DNA of 64,000 nt from Lingula anatina (lineage: Eukaryota > Animalia > Brachiopoda): assembly GCA_051362555.1 (NCBI GenBank), contig CM120648.1:19092587-19156586 (forward strand), in the 5' to 3' direction. Each line of letters opens with the position of its first letter. Position 1 is the stretch's first letter. This document shows, piece after piece, positions 1-9,203 of the stretch. A program made the position numbers and the translations under genes. The notes beneath the pieces are model-generated. The model was not told where the DNA came from, made no database searches, and saw only the letters and a list, made by a program, of their open reading frames with translations.

Positions 1-16
1 AAGTCAAAAACCCAAA

Positions 17-1630
17 ATGAAAACTTCTAAAGTGACTTCCTACATTCATAATGAAGGAAGAGCGGCTGCTGAAAGCTATAGGGCAGAATTTGAAAGAATT
101 CTCAAAGTGGGTGAGGAAATTAATCAACAAGAAAAAATTTCACGCAGTAAAAACATTCAAAAAGCTGCAACTTATTCTCCACCAACATATTTAAAATTAA
201 AAGCTCGTTCAAAATCAACAACTGAGCAGCAATTTATCAAACCAAAAACAAAATTACGTTCTCACTCAGCTTTGGACCCCAGAACTTTCACTTCGCAGCC
301 AGCCACTTTAGACCCTGAATACGATCTTTTTGCTCTGCCTATTGAGAGGCTGCGTGTCGATAACAAAGATCATACAACTTCTTCCGCGCATATAAAGCCT
401 CCAGGCCGTGTCATAAATTCCGAGACTGTTACTACTTTACCGACTGGTAGGGAAAGTAGTCGGCGACCAGCTCCGTCTGTCCATCGGGTTGTTTCGAATT
501 ATGATCTGCCACAGATTCATGTTCCTACGCCCGGACGGCGGCAACTTAACGTTGAGCATAATGTTGCTGATACAGTCGAACGTAAACATGATTACCGGCC
601 GAGTTCAATAGAGAAACATCATACGCGCCATAGAATTTCGTCTCCCGTTTTCCGCGACGAACCACTTCTTCCCGAAAGCGATGAAAGTGAAAATGAATAT
701 TTTACAGTACCAAAACCAGTACGTCCTAAACCTAAAAAGGACAGAGGGGACCCCAGTGATTTACCCAAAAAATTGTCTTTTGACGGAAATTGTGAAAACT
801 GGGAGTCTTTTAAAAACAGATTTGACAGTTATCGCCAAGTGAAAGAGTGGTCGGAAAATGAGTGTCTAGATTACCTTTTATGGAGTCTGGAAGGCGAGGC
901 TTTGGCTTTGTATAACACCAATCTCAGAGCAAATAAAAACATGACGTATTCAGCCTTAATGAGTGAAATGGATTCAGTATTCGGAATTAAAAAACATCCC
1001 GATTCAGCTCGTTTGGCATTTCATACAGCAGTTCAATCTCCCAACGAAACCTTGAATAAATGGCTGTGCCGTGTTTTGTTATTGGCCAAAGATGCTTATC
1101 CTGATGAATCAGAATCCTTTAGAACAAAAGAAACAATATCTAAATTTTGTCAGGGCTGCATTGATCAGGATGCCGGGCGTTACACTCGTTTAAAACATCC
1201 AGCAAGCATCAGCGAGGCAATGACCTACATGGTGGATTATCAGCAAGTCTACAAATCATCACATATTCAAAAACCAACACGAAAAAATCGTGATGAATTA
1301 CAAATTAGTTCTCTAAATCTAACAGCTGATGAAAATCAGCAATTTCCAACTGAAAATGTAGAACAACTTGTTGAATCCATCGTGGAAAAACGCGTTAGCC
1401 AGTCACCTAAATTGAATACAATTCAGTTTAATTCAATGGCAGAGTTGGAATCTATGGTTGAACGCTTGGTCCGGAAATTCACACCTAAAACAACACCTGT
1501 GTGTTTTTTCTGTAAAGGAAAGGGCCATTTTAAACGAAATTGCCTAAAATATAAAAAATTCTTACAAAGAAAAAATGCTGAAAAACAACAAGCACGGGCT
1601 GATATAACGAATCCAACTCATTTAAACTAG
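17..1630 (+). CDS. gag: Gypsy Gag (capsid-like domain + CCHC zinc knuckle)
   Basis: 537-aa ORF; LSFDGNCENWESFKNRF capsid-like start; CFFCKGKGHFKRNC = CX2CX4HX4C. The frame may extend upstream of the window. Confidence 0.9.
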   Translation: MKTSKVTSYIHNEGRAAAESYRAEFERILKVGEEINQQEKISRSKNIQKAATYSPPTYLKLKARSKSTTEQQFIKPKTKLRSHSALDPRTFTSQPATLDPEYDLFALPIERLRVDNKDHTTSSAHIKPPGRVINSETVTTLPTGRESSRRPAPSVHRVVSNYDLPQIHVPTPGRRQLNVEHNVADTVERKHDYRPSSIEKHHTRHRISSPVFRDEPLLPESDESENEYFTVPKPVRPKPKKDRGDPSDLPKKLSFDGNCENWESFKNRFDSYRQVKEWSENECLDYLLWSLEGEALALYNTNLRANKNMTYSALMSEMDSVFGIKKHPDSARLAFHTAVQSPNETLNKWLCRVLLLAKDAYPDESESFRTKETISKFCQGCIDQDAGRYTRLKHPASISEAMTYMVDYQQVYKSSHIQKPTRKNRDELQISSLNLTADENQQFPTENVEQLVESIVEKRVSQSPKLNTIQFNSMAELESMVERLVRKFTPKTTPVCFFCKGKGHFKRNCLKYKKFLQRKNAEKQQARADITNPTHLN

Positions 1631-1682
1631 AAGGGTCCAAGGGAAATGACCGTAACCTTGGAAACCCGACTGAAACCGGTCA
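1621..1682 (+). promoter_or_regulatory. Programmed -1 ribosomal frameshift signal (slippery heptamer + H-type pseudoknot)
   Basis: T TTA AAC (1621-1627) in the gag frame just before TAG; pol is in the -1 frame and open from 1621. After a 5-nt spacer, stem TCCAAGG(1636-42)/CCTTGGA(1656-62); loop TGACCG(1647-52) pairs with CGGTCA(1677-82). Confidence 0.85.
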
Positions 1683-3654
1683 CAAAACGGGTGAAACCAT
1701 CGTGACTTCATTGTCTCAAACACGAACCGTTGACAATACTATCCCCGTAATGGAAACATTGCATCGTCCTCATCATTCCGAGTTAGAATGTGGTCAAAAT
1801 CCTGTAATTGATGAACTTGGGGTTTTTCGATCTTCATTCGTTCCTTTGGTAGTGGCGGGTGTACATGTAATGGCCAAAGTTGACACCGGTGCGCAAGTTT
1901 CTGTCATGGCTGAAAAAATATTCGAGCAAATAAAAAATAAACCATCGCTCAAGAAATATTACAGTCTTACTCTTGCGGCAGGGGATATACAAATCGAAAC
2001 TCGTGTTTGTGAGCCAATTTCCATCGAACTAGATCGTTTCAAAATCAAGGAATCTGTTCTGGTAGCGCCGATACATGACGATTTTTTGTTAGGCCACGAT
2101 CTAATTGCCCAGTTTAATGCGAGCGTGCATTGTAATTTGGGTTACATCCAAATAGAAGGGCGCGACATACCTATGCAGCAAACGGAGTCGCGTGCACAAG
2201 ACATTAAAATAGCTCGGGTTAGCGTTTCACGAAATGTAGTAGTACCCCCAAATTCAGCACTAAGGATAACGTGCGAGATCGACGAAAAGTTAGAAAAATA
2301 CGTCGTCGAGGGTAAAGAAGAAGAGGGACTACTAATACCGAGAACTGTCTTGTCCGAAAAATCAAAACCAGTCGTGTGCCTCTTAAATCCATCAGATCAA
2401 TTTAAAAAATTAAAAAGGGGTCATGTGGTCGCTACGGCTTGCGAAGTTTCGGAAATTTTAGAAAACCCTGTTTCGCACTTCGGTTTACATCGAGTGGGAG
2501 GGGGGTCTACTAAAATTGACCAATCCAGCGCTCGTGTTGTCGGTACCACTGATGAGACAATGACTACCGATCTACTGGTGGGATTACCTGAAATTACTCG
2601 TGTAAAATCAGCCGTCCCTAGAACCGGTAGGGATTCTACAAACACACTTGTGGGATTCAATTTACCAGTGGAGCATTCAATTTACACTCCTAGAACTAGT
2701 AAAATCCCTAGAACAGGTGTGCACCCAAATATGACAAAGCTTGTGGGATTAAATTCTACTGGGGTTTGTGGTGTTAATTCCCCTAATTTTGAGAATATCC
2801 CTAAAACAAGTGCCCGAATTAAAAATGACATAAAAAGTAAACAACTTCTGAAGGTGGGTGGAAGTACTCAGGGCCCTTTAAGTGCCCCATCTGCCGGAAA
2901 GGGGTTCGTTGAAGAAAAAATTAACACCGAAATTTTCAAGTCACCTGTAAAGGGGTCACCTCAGGTGCGGAATTTTAAACAAATCGCTGGTGACGTTCAC
3001 GCCGGACAAGATTCTTCTGGACGCGTCGCTAGCAAATCATCAGAAATTCCTGACCATGTTAATGTGGTTTATGAAACATCAAAGAGGAATTTAAACAAAA
3101 TTCAGAGTAAAAAATTAAAGAATGTTCTATCTGAATTTCAGGATGTTTTTGCTAGAGACGAGTATGACCTTGGTCGGTTTAGTGCCATCGAGCATGGTAT
3201 CGATACCGGGAATGCCAAACCTCTTAAAACGCGTATGCGGCGAACTCCCGCGTGTTTTATTCAAGAAGAGGAGGCATTATTAACAAAAATGTTAAAAGCC
3301 GGGGTCATCCAAGAGTCTACGTCAGAGTGGGCATCAGCACCAGTTTTAATTAGAAAACGTGACGGTTCCGTCCGATGGTGCATCGATTATCGCGCCTTGA
3401 ACAATGTCACGGTCAAAGACACGTATCCATTACCCTTAATGGAAGATTGCAAAGATACTCTGTCGGGAAACATCTGGTTTTCGAAGTTAGATGCCAATTC
3501 TGCGTATTGGCAAGTCAAAATTAAACCCGAAGATAGGCATAAAACAGCTTTTATCACGAAATACGGATTATTCGAACATGTCCGTATGGGTTTCGGCTTG
3601 ACCAATGCTCCTGCGACTTTCTCCCGAGTAGTCAATTTACTTATGAAGGGTTGA
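1621..3654 (+). CDS. pol: Gypsy Pol, 5' part: aspartic protease, spacer, N-terminal half of RT
   Basis: AKVDTGAQVS protease motif and LLGHD; RT motifs SEWASAPVLIRKRDGSVRWCIDYRALN, KLDANSAYWQ, MGFGLTNAPATF. ORF track 1702..3654, extended to the frameshift site. Confidence 0.92.
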   Translation, partial: FKLEGSKGNDRNLGNPTETGHKTGETIVTSLSQTRTVDNTIPVMETLHRPHHSELECGQNPVIDELGVFRSSFVPLVVAGVHVMAKVDTGAQVSVMAEKIFEQIKNKPSLKKYYSLTLAAGDIQIETRVCEPISIELDRFKIKESVLVAPIHDDFLLGHDLIAQFNASVHCNLGYIQIEGRDIPMQQTESRAQDIKIARVSVSRNVVVPPNSALRITCEIDEKLEKYVVEGKEEEGLLIPRTVLSEKSKPVVCLLNPSDQFKKLKRGHVVATACEVSEILENPVSHFGLHRVGGGSTKIDQSSARVVGTTDETMTTDLLVGLPEITRVKSAVPRTGRDSTNTLVGFNLPVEHSIYTPRTSKIPRTGVHPNMTKLVGLNSTGVCGVNSPNFENIPKTSARIKNDIKSKQLLKVGGSTQGPLSAPSAGKGFVEEKINTEIFKSPVKGSPQVRNFKQIAGDVHAGQDSSGRVASKSSEIPDHVNVVYETSKRNLNKIQSKKLKNVLSEFQDVFARDEYDLGRFSAIEHGIDTGNAKPLKTRMRRTPACFIQEEEALLTKMLKAGVIQESTSEWASAPVLIRKRDGSVRWCIDYRALNNVTVKDTYPLPLMEDCKDTLSGNIWFSKLDANSAYWQVKIKPEDRHKTAFITKYGLFEHVRMGFGLTNAPATFSRVVNLLMKG

Positions 3655-6600
3655 CATGGAAAACAGTTTTGGCATTTTTGGACGATATTTTGGTAATGGG
3701 GAAGTCCTTTGAAAATCATTTAGAAAATTTGAAAGAGGCTTTGGGAAGATTTCGCCAGTTCGGTATCAAATTAAAGCCAAAAAAGTGCGTTTTGTTTCAA
3801 AAGGAGGTTGAATTCCTGGGGCGGATTGTTTCTAATAACACCATGAAAATGAGCCCTAAGGATATTGAAGTTGTAACTTCTTGGCCACAACCCACTTGTT
3901 CTAAGGACGTTGAAAGGTTCTTAGGATTGGCAAATTATCACCGGACATTTATAAAAAATTTTGCGGAAATATCCCATCCTCTGAGCAAAATTAAAGGTAA
4001 ACATGCCTTTGAATGGGGACCAGATCAAGCTCAATCTTTCGAAGCGCTCAAAACGGCATTGACTACACCACCAGTCTTATCATTACCAAACGCAAACGAT
4101 CCGTTTATTTTGGACACCGACGCTTCAAATCACTCGATTGGTGCAGAGTTAATACAAGTGCAAAACGGCGAGGAGAAAGTAATTGCGTACGGCAGCTACG
4201 CGTTAACTCCCGAACAAAAGAATTATTGCACCACGCGAAAAGAGCTTTTGGCTATCGTGAGATTTACCAGACAATTCAGGTATTATCTTTTGGGCCGAAT
4301 ATTTACCGTTCGCACCGATCATTCAAGTCTGACGTGGTTACTGAGGTTTAAGGAGCCTCAAGGTCAACTCGCGAGGTGGATAGAAGAGCTTTCGCAATTC
4401 AATATGATCGTACAACATCGTGCCGGAGCTAAGCATAGCAATGCCGATTCGTTGTCTAGAATACCCGACAATTTGGCACCGTGTAACGAGTATATTGCGG
4501 GAATAAAGCCGGAAAATTTACCTTGCGGAGGATGTAGTTATTGCGTCAGAGCCCATGAAAACTGGGGGAGTTTTTTCGGTGACGTCGATGAAGCGGTCAA
4601 TTTAACAGAAAAGAAAAAATTGTCATCCAAATTTACTGGTAAATCTACAAAAAGTCAACGCGATCTGACATCCTCATTAAATACAGTCAATCTGGGACGA
4701 GAAACGGGTCCGGAACATCTTTTTTATTGTCTCCTAGATAAAATTGTAGCCCTCTCTACCGATGTAGCTCTGCAACCCGAGGAATCTCATGTAGAAATAA
4801 ATGCGTGTGGTCCGGAGGCGAGGTCAAATCCAAACCCGGATATTCCTCAGTGTTGGGGTTTTTCTATGGAAAAATTAAAAACTGAACAAGCAAAAGACCC
4901 TGAGCTTAACATTTTACGAGAGTGGTTGTACAAAGGGAATACCCCAGATCAGGGTGCACTCTTCCGATCAAGCCCAATCTCCAAAACTTACTGGCTGAAT
5001 AAAGAATTATTCAAATTACATCATGGAGTCATTTTCAAAACTGAAGAGGAAAGCAAAGATCTAAAATTAGTCATCCCAGAATCATTAAAAAATTCTGTTT
5101 TCAAATTACATCATGATATCCCTTCAGCTGGTCACCAAGGAGTGGCTAGAACAAAAACAAAAATCAAAGAAAAATTCTACTGGCCCCATATGAGCAAAGA
5201 AATAGCCAATTATGTCCTGAGTTGTGACATCTGTAATAAAAATAAGAAAAAAGGGTGTTACGGAAGAGTCCCCCTGACTGAATATGTTGCAGGTGCTCCG
5301 ATGGAACGGGTTCATATTGATTTCTTGGGACCGCTACCTAAAACAGCAAAAGGTAATGAGCATTGTTTGGTCATGGTTGATCAATTCACAAAGTGGGTAG
5401 AGTGCGTACCGTTGCCTTCTCAAACGGCTGAAGTTACCGCGAAAGCAGCAATTGACTGTTTCTTTTCTAGGTTCGGTTATCCCTATCAACTTTTTTCTGA
5501 TCAGGGACGGAATTTTGAAAGTCAATTGTTCGGGGATTTGTGTAGGGCTTTACATATACACAAATCACGCACTACTCCGTACCGACCGTCTGCAAATGGA
5601 CAGGTTGAAAGGTTCAATCGTACCCTGATGGATGCCGTACGGTGTTTTTTGGGTAAAAATCAGGGTGAATGGGATAAATATGTCCAGCAAATTGCAGGCG
5701 CGTTGCGTGCTTCTGTAAACAGAAGTACGGGGTATACCCCTAATATGCTCATGCTTGGGAGGGAGGTCAGTACTCCAGCCCAAATTATGTTCCCAAATCT
5801 GAAATCAAAAGAAACTGACTATGGTGAATACATTTCAAAGTTAGTACAAAAAATGAAATTAGCTCATATTACAGCAAGAGCCAATTTAAAAACAACTTCA
5901 AAACGCATGAAACGTGACTATGACCTTAAAATCCTGCTTAGACCTTATGCTGAAAAGGATTTGGTTTATGTTTTGGATACAGCAACAACTAAAGGCAAAT
6001 CACGAAAATTGTGTTCACCATGGAAAGGACCCGCCATCATTGTAAAGAAATTATCTGGCTATCTGTATCGAGTGAAGCTAAAAAATGCAATCTTTGTAAT
6101 TAACCATGACAGGCTCATGCCCTGTAGGGACAGAAATGTACCCTCATGGATTACAGAATATTTAGCTTCTGATGAACAATTTCAGCACTCGAGTAACAGT
6201 GAGGAAGAAGATTTGACACCATACTGTATTTGCAGGGAGCCTTATCAGGGCAGATTCATGATTCAATGTGATTACTGTCATGAATGGTATCATGGATCCT
6301 GCGTCAATGTCACTTCTACCGAAGCGATAAACATTGATAAATACAAGTGTGTAAAATGTCAAATCAAATTATTATTTTTCATTGTTATTACAGATATGGC
6401 CAATACTATCACGGAAGTAGCACCTGTTGTGAAGGAGACTTCACTCAGATTACAGCATTGTTCACCTATAGATGTCCCTGGAACCCAGTTTGTCCAGGAT
6501 TTGGCCCAGGCTCTGCCTGGGGAAGATCACAGCAGCTACTTCAAAACACTGGTGGCTGGGATGGCTACCATTTATAAAAAGGAGCTTCGTGCTCCCGGTA

Positions 6601-8687
6601 GGTATGCCATGTCTCTGGCATGGTTGCAGCAAGTGGCCTACCAACTACAATCTAGTGGGCTTGCGTCTAAAAACTGGATTGAGAAGAATGTTTGGCGCCT
6701 TCCCAAAAATTTCACCCCTCCTGCACGAGTTTTGAAATCTGCTCCCTCCGTGGAGTACGATGGACAAAAAACTCGTGATTTCAGGCTTGGGAAGGACCCA
6801 AACATTACACTCATAACCCAGGTGGTCGATGGGAGTGGCACGGTCCAGCCTATGGAGGTGGAATCGCAATTGGATGAGGCTGAACTTGGTGTGGGGTCAA
6901 GTAACATCGACCCCAACTCCAGTCTGGACTCCATTGAGGAGGACAGACTTCTTGGAGTCCCAAGGGAGGCCAAATGCAGCGTGAAACCTCCAGCTACTCC
7001 GGAAACTCCTATGCCAGGCGCATCACTGCTGCAAAATACCGCCATCCCTTTTAACTTTTCTATCTCCTCTTCTTCAGGTTCACACCTCCCTGAAGCTGCT
7101 GCTCCAACAGGGATCCAAGTTCCTGTTCCTGGGCCTGTACCATCTGAGCCCATGGGGGGCAGTAAGCGTAAGGGGAAGAAGAGAGCTCCTTGGTGGAGGC
7201 GTGGCAAGAAACCTGGCAAGGGGTTGGTTGCTGCAAAGTCTGGGGTGGATGGGCATGTTGAGTCAGCGGAGCTGTCTCATCCTACAACCAGGGAACCGAA
7301 AAGGTCTAGCCAGACACCATCCGGAGTGGTTGGACCTGACCCCAAAAGGGCCAGGAAAGATCACTCCGAGATGCAATGTGTGGTCCCTGGGTGTGGGGTG
7401 AAATTCAATGAGCAGATGCTCAGGCAGCATTCGCTGGGGCTGCATGTCCCGTCTATCTTTGATGAGCGCGCCAATCCTGAGCCCAACATCTTGGGTGTAA
7501 TGGTTAAAGCACTGGAGATGCTTACTTTCTTCATTTTTGGTTTTAAAAAAGAACTGGACACTTTATACCAGTTCATTTCGGCTCTTCCAGATAAATTAAA
7601 TTTAGCCCATGGCACTTTTTCTTCAATCCAAATTACTGCCATGGAAAATTTCTGTAAATTTCTCAATAAACCGGTCCCAGTGTGTTTCACCTTATACCCA
7701 GCTAACTCTGTCGGGGTCCTGGTGGATTGGAGAGTCCTGACACAGCTGTCTGCTTCTATAACGGAGCAGCAGAGGTCGTTGTGGATTCAAGGGTTCACCA
7801 GGCCAGAAACTTGTCTGGAGGCGGGGGAACAAAGTAAGTCAGGGAGGCAAGCTTTCGATAGTCACTATCATCTAGATAGAACCCTGGCTGCCTTTGGTCT
7901 TCCATACTCTGGCAAGTTAGAGGGTCTTAAGGGTTTGCTTCCTGTTTGCTCTGGGAAAGAGGTAGAGTTGGTGGGAACTGTAGCTATTTACTGCGATCCC
8001 AAGACATATCCTACTAAGGGGTATCTTTCCACTCTGTCTGGGATCGAGTATGTAGCTATTGGTTTTCACCCGAGGCTAGCCGGCAAGCTTTCTCAGGGCA
8101 ATCTGGACCAGGCAATTAAGGCTTTCTCAGAGTTGGTTAAGATGCCGCTAGTAACAGCTTTTGGCGAGGTAGGTTTCGACCACACTGAAGCCATGTCTAA
8201 ATGGCAGGATCAGGTTGAGTTGCTCCACAGACTTCTGCCTTTTCTAGAGGCCAGGCATGTCCTGGTTGTGCACTGTAGGGGAGTGAGGGGAGACTCTGGA
8301 GACTGTGAGTTCGCCATAAGATCTCTTTTGTTTCATCTGAAACTGTGTGGCGTTCCGCAGTCCCAGAGGATCCATTTTCACTGCTTTACAGGCACTAAGG
8401 CCCTTCTCGAAATTTGGGGAAGGCAGCAACCAAATACCTTTTTCGGTTTCACCCGGGTTGCTGCCACCTTTAACAAACACCAGTTGGCAGCACTTAGGGC
8501 GGTGCCCGACTCCAAACTTCTTTTGGAGTCGGATGCCCCCTATTTCGCTCGCAAAAAGGGGGGCCATTCAACACCCTTTACTCTCTATGAAACGGCAGAG
8601 ATATTGGCGGGGCACAGAGGGGTGGATGTCTCTCATATTTTAAAAATCACTACACAAAATGGTACTTCCTTGTATAAAAGGGAGTAA
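3651..8687 (+). CDS. pol: Gypsy Pol, 3' part (RT palm, RNase H, integrase, PHD finger), continuing in frame into a C2H2 + TatD protein
   Basis: AFLDD; RNase H ILDTDAS..TDHSSL..NADSLSR; integrase HHCC (HHDIPSAGH..CDIC) and D,D,E (HIDFLGP, SDQG, VERFN); PHD at 6222-6359; TatD motifs from 7851. Joined to the 5' part by an apparent 1-nt deletion near 3650 (expected KG-L-TWK). Confidence 0.92.
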   Translation: MTWKTVLAFLDDILVMGKSFENHLENLKEALGRFRQFGIKLKPKKCVLFQKEVEFLGRIVSNNTMKMSPKDIEVVTSWPQPTCSKDVERFLGLANYHRTFIKNFAEISHPLSKIKGKHAFEWGPDQAQSFEALKTALTTPPVLSLPNANDPFILDTDASNHSIGAELIQVQNGEEKVIAYGSYALTPEQKNYCTTRKELLAIVRFTRQFRYYLLGRIFTVRTDHSSLTWLLRFKEPQGQLARWIEELSQFNMIVQHRAGAKHSNADSLSRIPDNLAPCNEYIAGIKPENLPCGGCSYCVRAHENWGSFFGDVDEAVNLTEKKKLSSKFTGKSTKSQRDLTSSLNTVNLGRETGPEHLFYCLLDKIVALSTDVALQPEESHVEINACGPEARSNPNPDIPQCWGFSMEKLKTEQAKDPELNILREWLYKGNTPDQGALFRSSPISKTYWLNKELFKLHHGVIFKTEEESKDLKLVIPESLKNSVFKLHHDIPSAGHQGVARTKTKIKEKFYWPHMSKEIANYVLSCDICNKNKKKGCYGRVPLTEYVAGAPMERVHIDFLGPLPKTAKGNEHCLVMVDQFTKWVECVPLPSQTAEVTAKAAIDCFFSRFGYPYQLFSDQGRNFESQLFGDLCRALHIHKSRTTPYRPSANGQVERFNRTLMDAVRCFLGKNQGEWDKYVQQIAGALRASVNRSTGYTPNMLMLGREVSTPAQIMFPNLKSKETDYGEYISKLVQKMKLAHITARANLKTTSKRMKRDYDLKILLRPYAEKDLVYVLDTATTKGKSRKLCSPWKGPAIIVKKLSGYLYRVKLKNAIFVINHDRLMPCRDRNVPSWITEYLASDEQFQHSSNSEEEDLTPYCICREPYQGRFMIQCDYCHEWYHGSCVNVTSTEAINIDKYKCVKCQIKLLFFIVITDMANTITEVAPVVKETSLRLQHCSPIDVPGTQFVQDLAQALPGEDHSSYFKTLVAGMATIYKKELRAPGRYAMSLAWLQQVAYQLQSSGLASKNWIEKNVWRLPKNFTPPARVLKSAPSVEYDGQKTRDFRLGKDPNITLITQVVDGSGTVQPMEVESQLDEAELGVGSSNIDPNSSLDSIEEDRLLGVPREAKCSVKPPATPETPMPGASLLQNTAIPFNFSISSSSGSHLPEAAAPTGIQVPVPGPVPSEPMGGSKRKGKKRAPWWRRGKKPGKGLVAAKSGVDGHVESAELSHPTTREPKRSSQTPSGVVGPDPKRARKDHSEMQCVVPGCGVKFNEQMLRQHSLGLHVPSIFDERANPEPNILGVMVKALEMLTFFIFGFKKELDTLYQFISALPDKLNLAHGTFSSIQITAMENFCKFLNKPVPVCFTLYPANSVGVLVDWRVLTQLSASITEQQRSLWIQGFTRPETCLEAGEQSKSGRQAFDSHYHLDRTLAAFGLPYSGKLEGLKGLLPVCSGKEVELVGTVAIYCDPKTYPTKGYLSTLSGIEYVAIGFHPRLAGKLSQGNLDQAIKAFSELVKMPLVTAFGEVGFDHTEAMSKWQDQVELLHRLLPFLEARHVLVVHCRGVRGDSGDCEFAIRSLLFHLKLCGVPQSQRIHFHCFTGTKALLEIWGRQQPNTFFGFTRVAATFNKHQLAALRAVPDSKLLLESDAPYFARKKGGHSTPFTLYETAEILAGHRGVDVSHILKITTQNGTSLYKRE
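6396..8687 (+). CDS. Putative ORF3 of the Gypsy element: basic/NLS-like region, C2H2-like finger, TatD-family nuclease domain (763 aa)
   Basis: ATG 2 nt after a strong acceptor TTATTTTTCATTGTTATTACAG (AG at 6392-6393). TatD motifs FDSHYHLD, GFHP, FGEVGFD, VVHCR, HFHCFTG, LLLESDAPY; CVVPGC-x11-H-x4-H at 7377-7445. Confidence 0.8.
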   Translation: MANTITEVAPVVKETSLRLQHCSPIDVPGTQFVQDLAQALPGEDHSSYFKTLVAGMATIYKKELRAPGRYAMSLAWLQQVAYQLQSSGLASKNWIEKNVWRLPKNFTPPARVLKSAPSVEYDGQKTRDFRLGKDPNITLITQVVDGSGTVQPMEVESQLDEAELGVGSSNIDPNSSLDSIEEDRLLGVPREAKCSVKPPATPETPMPGASLLQNTAIPFNFSISSSSGSHLPEAAAPTGIQVPVPGPVPSEPMGGSKRKGKKRAPWWRRGKKPGKGLVAAKSGVDGHVESAELSHPTTREPKRSSQTPSGVVGPDPKRARKDHSEMQCVVPGCGVKFNEQMLRQHSLGLHVPSIFDERANPEPNILGVMVKALEMLTFFIFGFKKELDTLYQFISALPDKLNLAHGTFSSIQITAMENFCKFLNKPVPVCFTLYPANSVGVLVDWRVLTQLSASITEQQRSLWIQGFTRPETCLEAGEQSKSGRQAFDSHYHLDRTLAAFGLPYSGKLEGLKGLLPVCSGKEVELVGTVAIYCDPKTYPTKGYLSTLSGIEYVAIGFHPRLAGKLSQGNLDQAIKAFSELVKMPLVTAFGEVGFDHTEAMSKWQDQVELLHRLLPFLEARHVLVVHCRGVRGDSGDCEFAIRSLLFHLKLCGVPQSQRIHFHCFTGTKALLEIWGRQQPNTFFGFTRVAATFNKHQLAALRAVPDSKLLLESDAPYFARKKGGHSTPFTLYETAEILAGHRGVDVSHILKITTQNGTSLYKRE

Positions 8688-9203
8688 CCAGGAATTTGGA
8701 AAACAAAAATTGAAAATATGACAAAATTACTTCTTTTTTGGACAATTTAAAAATTTCTAGAAAATTATGAAAACTATTTCTTCTTAGTTCTTACTAAATT
8801 CAAATTTCACTGAAGCCCCTCTCCTCTTCCTGATCCGGGAGATCATCGGAGCTATGAAAGTTACCATCAGTGGGCCCATTTTCACCTTATTCATTTCTTT
8901 ATTTGATTATCATTCATTATTTATTTATATATCATTTACAGATACAAAGATGCACAAGAGCACAATGGCACCTGTAGCACTTATATATATATCTATCACT
9001 TGTCAAGTTATGTACACAAATATGTGTATTTCAGAAGCACTATATTGCAGGACGCAATACAGCACCGCAGCACAGTTTATTACTCTGTACTAGGTACAGT
9101 GCACCAGCACAAGTGTTTATTTATTTCCATTTTATTATTTATTTAGTATTCTGATCTTCCGCCAAATCCTAGGAATGTCCCCAAATTTTTGATTTCATTT
9201 TTC

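Noticed and set aside
2421-8643. Short antisense and alternate-frame ORFs over Gypsy pol (also over the LINE and BEL ORFs)
   Set aside because: Shadow ORFs of long coding sequences with no recognisable motifs.
6396-8687. env gene, or bacterial tatD contamination
   Set aside because: No signal peptide, furin site or TM segment; it is in frame with integrase, preceded by a spliceosomal acceptor, and lies inside the PPT/LTR boundary.
8854-9093. 79-aa ORF in the Gypsy 3' UTR
   Set aside because: Low-complexity AT-rich translation without motifs; treated as non-coding.
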